This document shows, in pieces, positions 55,568-64,000 of a stretch of 64,000 nucleotides of DNA. Location of the stretch: positions 130,278 through 194,277 of the forward strand of contig CAZCGQ010000002.1 of NCBI GenBank assembly GCA_964498425.1. The letters run 5' to 3'. The notes under the pieces are model-generated. The model was not told the origin of the DNA and searched no databases. It saw only the letters and a program-made list of their open reading frames with translations. The stretch is from an uncultured Gammaproteobacteria bacterium. GTDB lineage: Bacteria > Patescibacteriota > Microgenomatia > UBA12405 > JAHJSD01. Both the position numbers and the translations under genes were made by a program. Within the stretch, counting starts at the first letter, position 1, and each line of letters begins with the position of its first letter.

Positions 55568-57611
55568 TAACTATATCATCACAATTAAAGTCAGCGTAAA
55601 GCAAATTACTTCCGCTTCTAAAATCATCATACCAACCAGCAAAGTCCAATTCATTAACTTGACCATTACAATCATAATCAGCTCTTGAACCAACCTTTGT
55701 CCCATTTGGACAAGGCTTACAACCCTGAGGCGGAGTATTTACCGGCAAAGTTGGTGTCCCTTCCGGTTCCCGACACCGTTCAACTATTTCTTGACAATTA
55801 TTGTTCTCATTAACTTCATCAACTTGATCTCGGCTATCAATACAAACCTCAATTGTGTCACTCTGGCCAGAGCATTCCTCATAAAAACTATAAATGCCAA
55901 TATCAAAACTGCGGATATTCCCATTAGCCGGAACATCGATTTCCCCTTTGTCGTTTCCATCAACGGTTAAACTTGCCTTAACCGTTTGAATATCCTCAAT
56001 CTCCTTACCTTCGTTAACTGAATGCAAATATACCTTACCTGAAACATTTCCCTCCATCCCACCTAGCCAAACATTTTTCAGGCTTAATTCCGGCTTATCA
56101 CCAAAATAAAAACTGGCCTGGTTCCTGAAATCAGTTAAGGGAATATTTATTGGGGTACAGCCATCACAAGGATTTGGCTTGGGAACACAGGCTTCTATTT
56201 GGCCGCTCTGGAAGCGAATCGACCCTTCTTGATTAACCTTAACCTCCAAACTACCTGCCTTAAAACGAGTTCGTGGAAACCTTTGCCAAACTGATGGGTG
56301 TTTTGCTGTTAAATTGAGATTAATAGCTCCACCACTGATACTAATATTACTATCATGACCGAAATCATTTCCATAACGCGCCTCAACCTCTAAACCCGAA
56401 TCGTAAGAGAACTGCATCCTCAACCGCTTAACCGGCAAACCGGCATATTCGCCTCTCCCGTCAATGTAAAACCGAGCATCATCGCTAACATCTCCAGCTT
56501 TCTGTACAACAAAGGTATCATCATTAAAAAAGCCCCATATATCCTCCTGAACGGGTTCCTCTTGATAACAATTTTCCATGCAAGCATCGAAATCCTCTGC
56601 CATTCCCGGCCGGCCGTCACAATCAAAATCAATCATCTGTTTAACAACCTCAGCACAATCCTCTGACAAAATTACTTCATCCTCGTTGGGAACTCGACTA
56701 CAATCATTTGGCACACAATCCGGTGGGGTTGTCGGTACCGGTTGGTCTTGATGCGGAGTAGAGGTTGGAGCTGATTTGTCACAACAACAGTTACCACTAC
56801 CACAGCCATAGTCCCCATCTAAACAATTGGCAAACCGAAAACATAAATAGGTTGGCTCACATTCACAATCCGGACAAACCGCGCTGCATTCAGCAGAAAC
56901 TATCGGCGTACTGGTCGGATTAGGTTGGCAGTCACAGTTATTATCTTCCGGACAGTCAGGATTACGGCAATATTTACGGTTACCGATAATCGGAATTGCT
57001 TGAGCGGTAGAATCGCCTAAAACCACCTCTGAATCAGCCTCTTCAACAGTCGGCTGCCAGCAAATCAAATCCCCAGCACAACCATTATTATCGAGACAAA
57101 CATCATTACAACCTCCACCTGGCAAAGCTGGCGTATTAGTTGGGTTGCTTGAGGAATTAGCTTGACATTGTTTATTACTATTAGACCAACATCTGCTGGA
57201 CCCACAATCACACCCTGGAGTTAAAACCTGTGCACATTGCATACTAGGATCAGTAGCATAGGCACAACTATCAACACAAGAATTAGGAAACTCTCTCCAA
57301 CTCCCACCACTTGCTAAACAAAGCTCTCTATTAGTTGGAGTATTTGTCGGCAGCTGACTGCCACCTGGGCCAGCCGGGGTATTTGTTGGCAAACTTCCAC
57401 CCGGAGGCAATTCCCCCATCCCTACCTCACTTCCAACCTTAGTTGCCGCTTGTCGCCTTACTTCCTGTTGTTCTTGAACCAACTGTAAACCGGCAAAAAG
57501 TGAAGCCCCAATAAGAACCAAGCTGATAACTAAAATAATCTGGCTGTTTCCTCGTTCCACAAAGTTTCTCACTCTTGCTTCAAGATAATCCATTTCAACC
57601 TCTTTTGTCAA
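55527..57611 (-). CDS. Large secreted Cys-rich protein (694 aa) with a cohesin-like module and a C-terminal Cys-containing dockerin-like module
   Basis: Signal anchor. The N-terminal half is Cys-rich. The central region resembles the cohesin-like repeats (…MQFSYDSGLEVEARYGN…IEACVPKPNPCDGC). The C-terminus carries DYDCNGQVNELDFAGWYDDF...ADFNCDDIVNEQDFAQWYDEY. Confidence 0.5.
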   Translation of the reverse strand: MTKEVEMDYLEARVRNFVERGNSQIILVISLVLIGASLFAGLQLVQEQQEVRRQAATKVGSEVGMGELPPGGSLPTNTPAGPGGSQLPTNTPTNRELCLASGGSWREFPNSCVDSCAYATDPSMQCAQVLTPGCDCGSSRCWSNSNKQCQANSSSNPTNTPALPGGGCNDVCLDNNGCAGDLICWQPTVEEADSEVVLGDSTAQAIPIIGNRKYCRNPDCPEDNNCDCQPNPTSTPIVSAECSAVCPDCECEPTYLCFRFANCLDGDYGCGSGNCCCDKSAPTSTPHQDQPVPTTPPDCVPNDCSRVPNEDEVILSEDCAEVVKQMIDFDCDGRPGMAEDFDACMENCYQEEPVQEDIWGFFNDDTFVVQKAGDVSDDARFYIDGRGEYAGLPVKRLRMQFSYDSGLEVEARYGNDFGHDSNISISGGAINLNLTAKHPSVWQRFPRTRFKAGSLEVKVNQEGSIRFQSGQIEACVPKPNPCDGCTPINIPLTDFRNQASFYFGDKPELSLKNVWLGGMEGNVSGKVYLHSVNEGKEIEDIQTVKASLTVDGNDKGEIDVPANGNIRSFDIGIYSFYEECSGQSDTIEVCIDSRDQVDEVNENNNCQEIVERCREPEGTPTLPVNTPPQGCKPCPNGTKVGSRADYDCNGQVNELDFAGWYDDFRSGSNLLYADFNCDDIVNEQDFAQWYDEYR

Positions 57612-58215
57612 GAACTAGGGAAGTTATCTCCCGCTTAATTAGTCCCCCCGCTAATCTTATTCCTCTTAAAATTAATTTTAAATCATAAGCCAAACACTTC
57701 TTGTCAACATAGTTAATATCCAACTCCATCCATTTATTAAAGGGACTGTCATGATAGCCGTTAAAAAGCCAGGGCGAAATAATTCCCGGCTTAGCTTCTT
57801 CACGTTTTTTCTGCCAATCCTTAAGTTGATTTGCCTCCTTAACCGGTAGCGGCCGCGGGCCAACAATGCTCATTTCCCCTTTGATGATGTTGATTAACTG
57901 CGGCAGTTCATCTAAACCGGTGTGAGCCAGAAATCTGCCAATCTTGGTATATCTTGGGTCTTTTTTAATCTTAAACACCGGCCCGTCAGCCTCATTGAGA
58001 TGCTCAAATTTCTTCTGATCATTATCAGCGCCAGGGTACATTGTCCGAAACTTAAATAAATCAAATACTTCTCCCTTCTCCCCTACTCTCTGCTGTTTAA
58101 ACAAAATTGGCCAACCGCCGCCCAAAAACAAGATAAACAAAGAAATAATCCCCAAAACAGGCAAAAATAAAAGAAAAAAGGCAATGGTTATAAATACTTC
58201 TACTCCTCTTGGCAT
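57595..58215 (-). CDS. Polyprenyl-phosphate sugar phosphotransferase (Bac_transf family; PglC/WbaP-C-terminal-like initiating transferase)
   Basis: N-terminal TM, then KQQRVGEKGEVFDLFKFRTM...DELPQLINIIKGEMSIVGPRP. Start at ATG 58215. Confidence 0.75.
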   Translation of the reverse strand: MPRGVEVFITIAFFLLFLPVLGIISLFILFLGGGWPILFKQQRVGEKGEVFDLFKFRTMYPGADNDQKKFEHLNEADGPVFKIKKDPRYTKIGRFLAHTGLDELPQLINIIKGEMSIVGPRPLPVKEANQLKDWQKKREEAKPGIISPWLFNGYHDSPFNKWMELDINYVDKKCLAYDLKLILRGIRLAGGLIKREITSLVLDKRG

Positions 58216-58238
58216 AATTTGTATACTATTATATAGAT

Positions 58239-60191
58239 ATGAAAAAACCAAGCCAATGGGCAGTCTACTTTTTTTTCGCAATTAATTTCGTCCTTAGTTT
58301 GCTTGACCAGGGAGCCCTCCTCCCCTACCTGATTATTTTACAACTGCCCTTTTTACTTGTTTTGTTCATAAAAAAAGAAAAACTTTCATTACCACTGCTC
58401 AAACCAATCATCCTTGTCACTATTGTCTTCATAATAAACTTTTTTACCTCTGCTAATAAGCAATTTACCTTTGAAAGAATTCTCATTTGGCTGACCACCT
58501 TTTTAGTCTTCTGGATTTTTTATAATTTAAATTTCCAGACTAAAGATAAAAAGTTGTTTATTAACCTCCTAATCTATACTTCCCTTCTCTTAATTCCTTT
58601 CTTTCTCTACTACCGAATAACCCACACCGTTATTCACACTTCCGCCTTGTCAATGATCCAACCAATGACCGGCCACGTCCATATATCTTCCCTATTTTTG
58701 CTCAGCCTAACCGCCAGCTTTTTAACCAAACGCCACCTTATTTCTCTCATTTTGCTCATCAGTCTGGCGGCAACCAACTCTGTTTCCTCCTTTTTCGCTT
58801 TATTTTTAGGCAGTCTTTTGCTCATTACTATTCCCAATAAACTAGTTAAGCCCAAAATTAAAATAGTCACTATAAGCATCGCTATCGTCATTTTTACAAC
58901 ACTTCTAGCCCTTAGCTCTAAAACTCCTAAAGCCTTGGACAGTATTGACCCTCTTTGGGCCAAAAAAACGCTTGGTGGGGCTAGAATTCACTACTGGGAG
59001 CAGGCATTTAAAGGCTTTATAGCCCGACCAATTACCGGCTGGGGGTTGGATACTTCAGGCATCGTCTCCCAAAAATTCATGAATGATGGCTACTATTCTC
59101 TTTATCCCCACGGTTTTCTCTTTAAAATTTTAGCCGAAACAGGATTAATTGGGTTAATGGCTTTCAGTTATTTAGTTATTCTACTAACTAAATCGGTTTC
59201 CTTAAAAAGTAAGGAAAATATAATTATTGCTAGCATAATTATTATTTCAGCTCTTGAATCTTTAACTGACTTTGGCTGGCAGTTTCCCTCAATAATGTTT
59301 ATTCTAGCTGGCAGCCTAGGTATTATTGTAAAAAAAGCTGAGATCGCTAAAACTAAAACAACTACTCTTCTTATGATTAGTCTATTACTGGCAATAATCT
59401 CAACCGGCCTAGTAGCATCCACCCATTTTAAAAGACAGGGGAAATATGACCTTGCCCAAATTTTCTATCCACTCGACCAGGAAATTTATGTAGAAAATTA
59501 TGAAATTATTAACCCAAAAATAACGCACTTTTTCTTCGGCCAGGACCCAAATTTTTGGGGCAAAATGGCTTACAAATATCAACAAAACGATGAACTTGAT
59601 AAAGAGATTAATGCTCGGGAAAAAGAACTTGCAAAGCTTAAACCTAGTTTCTCTCAAAGAAAAAAGCAAGAATTAATTAGTTTGTACCTTAAAAATAATC
59701 AAGAAAAAGAAGCAACTAACACTATTTTTGAAAGAATCTGGGCACCTATTAAAACTAGCGAAAAAACTGTGACATTTACTAATCAGGAAAAAAATATCAT
59801 TGATCAATTAATAAAAAATAATAAAGGCCTAATTTTTTCACAAATTAATAAAATTAGTAAACAAATTGATATACAAGAAAAGCCTCAGCTTTTTTACACT
59901 CAGCTTTTTTATCAATTAGGTTTAGAGCTATATAATGAAAATCAACCTAAAAGTACAGAAATTTTATGGAAAAAAATTACAAAAATAAATCCTCAATGGA
60001 GCCACTTTCACATTGAGCTTGCCAACTTGTATTGGGAAAAGGGAGAGAAAAAAAAAGCTGTAAATCAACTCGAAGAGATTTGTTCCCAATACAACTCTCC
60101 CCGAAAACACTGTTTAAATTACTTAAAAGACTACCCTTACTTTCAAAAGCCAGGTAGTTTAGAAAATCAAATTCCAATATTTACTCCTTAA
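58239..60191 (+). CDS. O-antigen ligase/Wzy_C-like polytopic membrane protein (possible PglL-type O-oligosaccharyltransferase) with a C-terminal soluble TPR-like domain
   Basis: About 12 TM helices with a large periplasmic-loop region (WAKKTLGGARIHYWEQAFKGF). The ~230-aa C-terminal domain is helical and repeat-like. Confidence 0.5.
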   Translation: MKKPSQWAVYFFFAINFVLSLLDQGALLPYLIILQLPFLLVLFIKKEKLSLPLLKPIILVTIVFIINFFTSANKQFTFERILIWLTTFLVFWIFYNLNFQTKDKKLFINLLIYTSLLLIPFFLYYRITHTVIHTSALSMIQPMTGHVHISSLFLLSLTASFLTKRHLISLILLISLAATNSVSSFFALFLGSLLLITIPNKLVKPKIKIVTISIAIVIFTTLLALSSKTPKALDSIDPLWAKKTLGGARIHYWEQAFKGFIARPITGWGLDTSGIVSQKFMNDGYYSLYPHGFLFKILAETGLIGLMAFSYLVILLTKSVSLKSKENIIIASIIIISALESLTDFGWQFPSIMFILAGSLGIIVKKAEIAKTKTTTLLMISLLLAIISTGLVASTHFKRQGKYDLAQIFYPLDQEIYVENYEIINPKITHFFFGQDPNFWGKMAYKYQQNDELDKEINAREKELAKLKPSFSQRKKQELISLYLKNNQEKEATNTIFERIWAPIKTSEKTVTFTNQEKNIIDQLIKNNKGLIFSQINKISKQIDIQEKPQLFYTQLFYQLGLELYNENQPKSTEILWKKITKINPQWSHFHIELANLYWEKGEKKKAVNQLEEICSQYNSPRKHCLNYLKDYPYFQKPGSLENQIPIFTP

Positions 60192-60370
60192 AATAAAGTA
60201 TAAATAAATGGAGCAACCGGAGAAGTTTCTGCAAGAATAAATAAGATTCCAAAGATAAACAAAAAAATTACGATTGGAACTAGCCACCACTTTTTATTCA
60301 CCATAAGAAATTTTAAAAAATCCCCCATTATTCCTAGTTTCGAAACAATATCCCTAATTATTTTCTTCAT
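60188..60370 (-). CDS. Small membrane protein (60 aa) downstream of the carbamoyltransferase
   Basis: Single TM (WWLVPIVIFLFIFGILFILA). Small proteins of this type often accompany NodU/CmcH-type carbamoyltransferases. Confidence 0.3.
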   Translation of the reverse strand: MKKIIRDIVSKLGIMGDFLKFLMVNKKWWLVPIVIFLFIFGILFILAETSPVAPFIYTLF

Positions 60371-62076
60371 TTTTTTATAACAAAATTTTGTAAAACCAAA
60401 ACATCAATGCCTGTATTTACATAACAATTATAAGCATTTTCAGGTGTATTGACAATAGGCTCCCCTCTGATGTTAAAGGAAGTATTTAAAACCACTGGAC
60501 AACCAGTTAAATCATAAAAAGATTTAATCAAATGATAATACTTCTCGTTTTGTTTTTGATTTACCGTTTGTATCCGAGAAGAACCATTCTCGTGAGTTAC
60601 TGCTGGGATTTTTTTCCGACCTTGTTTGGTTTGAACCACCTTAAGCATAAACGGTGACCGGTCACCAGGAATAAAATATTCATCCGCCTTATCTTCTAAA
60701 ACTGATGGAGCAAAAGGCCGAAATGGTTCCCTGTGCTTCACCTTAGCATTCATAATGTCCTTCATTTCTGGATTCCTCGAGTCAGCAATCAGCGTCCGGT
60801 TGCCCAATGCCCGAGGCCCCCATTCCATCCTATCCTGATACCAAGCAACTACTTTTTGATCAGCAATAAGTCTAGCTACAACTTTAGTTAGTTTTTCAAT
60901 ATTTTCAAAGTATTCATAGCTGACCTTGTTGTCATCTAGAAACTGTCGAATTTCGTCATTAGAATAACTTGGACCGTAAAAAACCTCATCCATTGTAAAT
61001 TCTCTTTTCTTGTCAAGCAAAGAATTATATATATAGAAGGCAGTACCTAAAGCTCCACCTGCATCGCCGGCGGCCGGCTGAATATATAAATTTTCAAATG
61101 AAGTCTGGGGAATAATCTTCCCATTAGCAGCACTATTTAAGGCTACTCCCCCGGCCATGCATAAATTTTTCAATTTAGTTTCTTGATATAAACCTTCTAT
61201 CATTTTAAGTATTACCTCCTCCGTCACCTTTTGAATACTTGCAGCAACATCCCTGTAATGCTGAGGAAAAGTCTCACTTTTTTGCTTTAAAGGCGGTTGA
61301 TTATCAAAAAGTTTGATAAACTTCTGATTAATAGACTTTAAGCCATACTCATATGAAAAATATTTCATGTTTAATTGAAAAGCGCCGTCATTATTTATTT
61401 CAATTAAATTATCCTTTATTACTTTCTCATACTTTGGTTCACCATAAGGAGCTAAGCCCATCATTTTATACTCGCCATTATTTATTCGAAATCCGCAGTA
61501 GTAAGTAAAAGCAGAATACAGCAAGCCAAGAGAATGTGGAAAATTTATTGATTTATTTAATTCAATTTTGTTACCCTTCCCAACACCCTTAGTTGCTGTC
61601 TCCCACTCCCCTACTCCATCTAAAGTTAAGATAGCTGCCTCTTGAAAAGGAGAAACTAAAAATGAACTTGCGGCATGTGACAAATGATGTTTCAAAAAAA
61701 CGATATCTTTATCCCAACCTAATTCCTTTTGAATAATATTTTTAATCCACAGCTTTTCTTTAAACCAAATTGGCATAGCCTGACGAAAAGAGTTGAAGCC
61801 CTTTGGCACTGTTTTTAAATAAGTTTCCAAAATCCGTTCAAATTTTAAAAAAGGTTTTTCATAAAAGCCAACATAATCCAAATCACTAGAGGTTATGCCT
61901 GCCTCTTTAAGACAATATTTAATTGCCCCTTTAGGAAATGAAGCATCATGCTTCTTGCGTGAAAATCTTTCTTCAGCAACAGCAGCCACTAATTGCCCAT
62001 CTTTAACTAATGCAGCTGCCGAATCATGGTAAAAGCAGGAAAGGCCTAATATATAAGTTGGTTTAACATTGTTCAT
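60367..62076 (-). CDS. Carbamoyltransferase (NodU/CmcH/NovN family)
   Basis: N-terminus YILGLSCFYHDSAAALVKDGQLVAAVAEERFSRKKHD plus a C-terminal YrdC/Kae1-like carbamoyltransferase domain. 569 aa. Confidence 0.85.
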   Translation of the reverse strand: MNNVKPTYILGLSCFYHDSAAALVKDGQLVAAVAEERFSRKKHDASFPKGAIKYCLKEAGITSSDLDYVGFYEKPFLKFERILETYLKTVPKGFNSFRQAMPIWFKEKLWIKNIIQKELGWDKDIVFLKHHLSHAASSFLVSPFQEAAILTLDGVGEWETATKGVGKGNKIELNKSINFPHSLGLLYSAFTYYCGFRINNGEYKMMGLAPYGEPKYEKVIKDNLIEINNDGAFQLNMKYFSYEYGLKSINQKFIKLFDNQPPLKQKSETFPQHYRDVAASIQKVTEEVILKMIEGLYQETKLKNLCMAGGVALNSAANGKIIPQTSFENLYIQPAAGDAGGALGTAFYIYNSLLDKKREFTMDEVFYGPSYSNDEIRQFLDDNKVSYEYFENIEKLTKVVARLIADQKVVAWYQDRMEWGPRALGNRTLIADSRNPEMKDIMNAKVKHREPFRPFAPSVLEDKADEYFIPGDRSPFMLKVVQTKQGRKKIPAVTHENGSSRIQTVNQKQNEKYYHLIKSFYDLTGCPVVLNTSFNIRGEPIVNTPENAYNCYVNTGIDVLVLQNFVIKK

Positions 62077-62281
62077 AAAAATTCTTATTGTCTAGATCTG
62101 CTAAAAATCTCTTTACCCAAAAAATACTCTCCTTTTTTGGGCTCTTAAATAACCAAAGAAAAAAACCTAACGGCACGAAAAATAAGAAATATATAACAGA
62201 CAACAAAATATACGTCTGAACTCTAGATACTATTCTACTTATGAATATAAATTTTAACTTTAGCCCCTTAATTATTTCCAT
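62063..62281 (-). CDS. Small membrane protein (72 aa) upstream of the carbamoyltransferase
   Basis: Single or double TM ORF overlapping the carbamoyltransferase start by 14 nt. Confidence 0.3.
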   Translation of the reverse strand: MEIIKGLKLKFIFISRIVSRVQTYILLSVIYFLFFVPLGFFLWLFKSPKKESIFWVKRFLADLDNKNFYEQC

Positions 62282-62341
62282 TATAGTAATATGTAATCAC
62301 TAGAAAATTAATTATATCAAATTAATAAGAGAAACAAATTT

Positions 62342-63934
62342 TTAATAATTTAACTTTACATCTTTAATTATCTCAACAACTTTTTGAGCTATTAATTGAT
62401 GTCCATAATTCGTAGGATGAACAAAATCCCACCAAATGATACCGGTGTGATTTTTTTGTTTTAAATATTCATGAAGGTCAAAATAATCAATATCATTTTC
62501 CTTGGCTACTTCTATCATAATATCGTGGAAAAAGCTATCAGAACTAATTTCTAAAGAGTTTGGTTCTAATAGAAAAATTACTTTTAGTCCTTTTGCTTCA
62601 CTTAAGTCAATGATTTTTTGCAAATTCTTCCTAAATTCCTTAGGATTTACATCATTCGTAGATAAATTAACTACTACCATTTCTAGTGGTAATTTTAACC
62701 AATAATCTCTATAATAATCAACCAAATCTTTTGATTTAACCCCATACATACCAGCATTAATAAAATTATAACTATCTTTTGAAAAATCTCCCAAAACTCT
62801 CTCTTTATTTTGATTTTGTGCTAAGTAACCATTTTCTTTATTAATCATATTCTCAGCTCTTGCCACAAACGTTAAATATTCTTCCGATGCACCAGCACCC
62901 CAAGTTTGTGAGGTGCCAAGAAACAAAACATTTTTACTATTTACATCAGCCGATTCCCAAGAGGATTTTGCCTTTTGTTTAATAATATTCTCCTTTCTTT
63001 GTAACGATGTTTCCTCTTTTTGAATAAGATTATTAAAAAAGCTATTTAAACTAGGATATCGAGTACTAAAATAAAAATAAGAGTATAGATAGATAGCACC
63101 AATCACTAAGCAAAAGGATAAAAAAATTGATAAAGTAATATAAATTGATCTTTCAAATGAATTTCCTTTTCTAACAAGACAAATCTGAAAAACCTTAGTA
63201 ATAACACTCATTACTAAAAAAACTCCAAAAAATATATAAATTAAATTTTTATCATTACGAAAATTTTCTTTAAAAACATTGCCCTCCACATCCATAATAA
63301 TAATATTGTCTACATAGCTATTAGAGTATGATCCGCGAAAACCGATTTTACTTTGCAATAAGGGCATATCTATTCCATCAACTAAAGCTATCTTGTCGCC
63401 AATTTTAATTTTCATCCTTCCCGTTTCGTTAAATACTACTTCAACCCTGTACCACACACCCTCTTTAAATCCATTTATACTTAAATCTCTAGTATCTACA
63501 AATTTCCCGGAATTTTCAGCCAATATGTATTCATTTTTAAATTTAGGGTTTAAACTAAATCTAATAGCAGAAAACCCATTTATTGTTTTGTTAAATATAA
63601 ATAATAAATAAGAATCTTCACTTAATCTAAAATCAAAACTAACTATGCTCGGGTATACTTTATCTCCATAAACAACTTCCTGAAAACCATGCCATGCTCC
63701 TAAATTTAATTTTTCCTTTGATAATGTTTGTTTTTTCGTAAAAAACTGGTAACTTCCCATCACAAATTTCTTTAAGAATAATTTGCTTGATAACCAATTT
63801 CCATTTCTGTCTAAAGTATTCGTCGCTAATAAAAATGTTCTCGTTGCAAAAAAAGAGAAGCAAAGATTAACTAAGCAAAATAACAATAATAAATAAATTG
63901 ATTTAATTTTCGATTGTTGCAGCAATTTGTGCAT
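62342..63934 (-). CDS. Membrane-anchored SGNH/GDSL-type hydrolase (possible glycan O-acyl esterase/transferase)
   Basis: N-terminal TM plus a lectin/jelly-roll-like region and a central TM pair. The C-terminal SGNH fold carries LFLGTSQTWG (block I Ser), VVVNLSTNDV (block III) and WDFVHPT (block V Asp/His). Confidence 0.5.
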   Translation of the reverse strand: MHKLLQQSKIKSIYLLLLFCLVNLCFSFFATRTFLLATNTLDRNGNWLSSKLFLKKFVMGSYQFFTKKQTLSKEKLNLGAWHGFQEVVYGDKVYPSIVSFDFRLSEDSYLLFIFNKTINGFSAIRFSLNPKFKNEYILAENSGKFVDTRDLSINGFKEGVWYRVEVVFNETGRMKIKIGDKIALVDGIDMPLLQSKIGFRGSYSNSYVDNIIIMDVEGNVFKENFRNDKNLIYIFFGVFLVMSVITKVFQICLVRKGNSFERSIYITLSIFLSFCLVIGAIYLYSYFYFSTRYPSLNSFFNNLIQKEETSLQRKENIIKQKAKSSWESADVNSKNVLFLGTSQTWGAGASEEYLTFVARAENMINKENGYLAQNQNKERVLGDFSKDSYNFINAGMYGVKSKDLVDYYRDYWLKLPLEMVVVNLSTNDVNPKEFRKNLQKIIDLSEAKGLKVIFLLEPNSLEISSDSFFHDIMIEVAKENDIDYFDLHEYLKQKNHTGIIWWDFVHPTNYGHQLIAQKVVEIIKDVKLNY

Positions 63935-64000
63935 ATAAAACCCTTATAGTTTTATTTTCTTTCTCCATTACTAAATAAATATCTCTACTTTCCCCTATTT

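Noticed and set aside
45990-57611. CRISPR array or simple DNA satellite explaining the repetitive look of this region
   Set aside because: The repeats are long, imperfect and in-frame coding repeats (protein modules). There are no short direct repeats with unique spacers and no cas genes.

Overview
This window looks like a low-GC (~38-40%) bacterial chromosome segment, probably from a reduced, Patescibacteria/CPR-like genome. That placement is my inference from gene content: a type IV pilus pilB-pilT-pilC set, an archaeal-type TyrRS, GH130-like tandem paralogs, very small ribosomal proteins and weak RBSs. Coding is dense, with about 75 CDS and three tRNAs: Ala-CGC, Tyr-GTA and Leu-CAA.

Housekeeping genes:
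- pilB/pilT/pilC, a holB-like clamp-loader subunit, and gyrB-ppa-gyrA.
- dnaB, hisS, cysS, dnaX-ybaB, and rpsF-ssb-rpsR.
- rpsU-yqeY...ybeY, rpmE, an RF1-like protein, HtrA, CtpA, YebC, RluA and a DksA/TraR-type zinc finger.

Accessory content:
- A Fic protein, a VapBC-like pair, a MacAB-like efflux set, three tandem GH130-like genes, and a lone Xer-family recombinase.
- A protein-glycosylation-like locus: a PglC-like sugar transferase, an O-antigen-ligase/TPR membrane protein, a carbamoyltransferase and an SGNH hydrolase.

The most unusual region is an ~11.6 kb block (45990-57611, minus strand) of about 12 secreted proteins. They are built from cohesin-like and dockerin-like modules, very Cys-rich repeat domains, an FN3 module and one LPXTG anchor. 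The block is organised as two paralogous sub-arrays. It looks like a cellulosome-style surface-assembly system that I cannot match to a described system.

Other notable items:
- A T-box-like leader (promoter, ~345-nt leader, antiterminator/terminator) drives an operon of an unknown 446-aa protein plus an archaeal-type tyrS. The nearby tRNA-Tyr carries the archaeal-type C1:G72 pair.
- The RF1-like release factor lacks domain 1.
- A 0.9-kb AT-rich gene-free region sits next to the Xer recombinase at a convergent strand-bias switch. It contains a dif-like palindrome and is a possible replication terminus.
- A promoter-then-terminator cassette lies upstream of gyrB.
- YbeY is C-terminally degenerate.

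No CRISPR array, rRNA or obvious transposase was seen.
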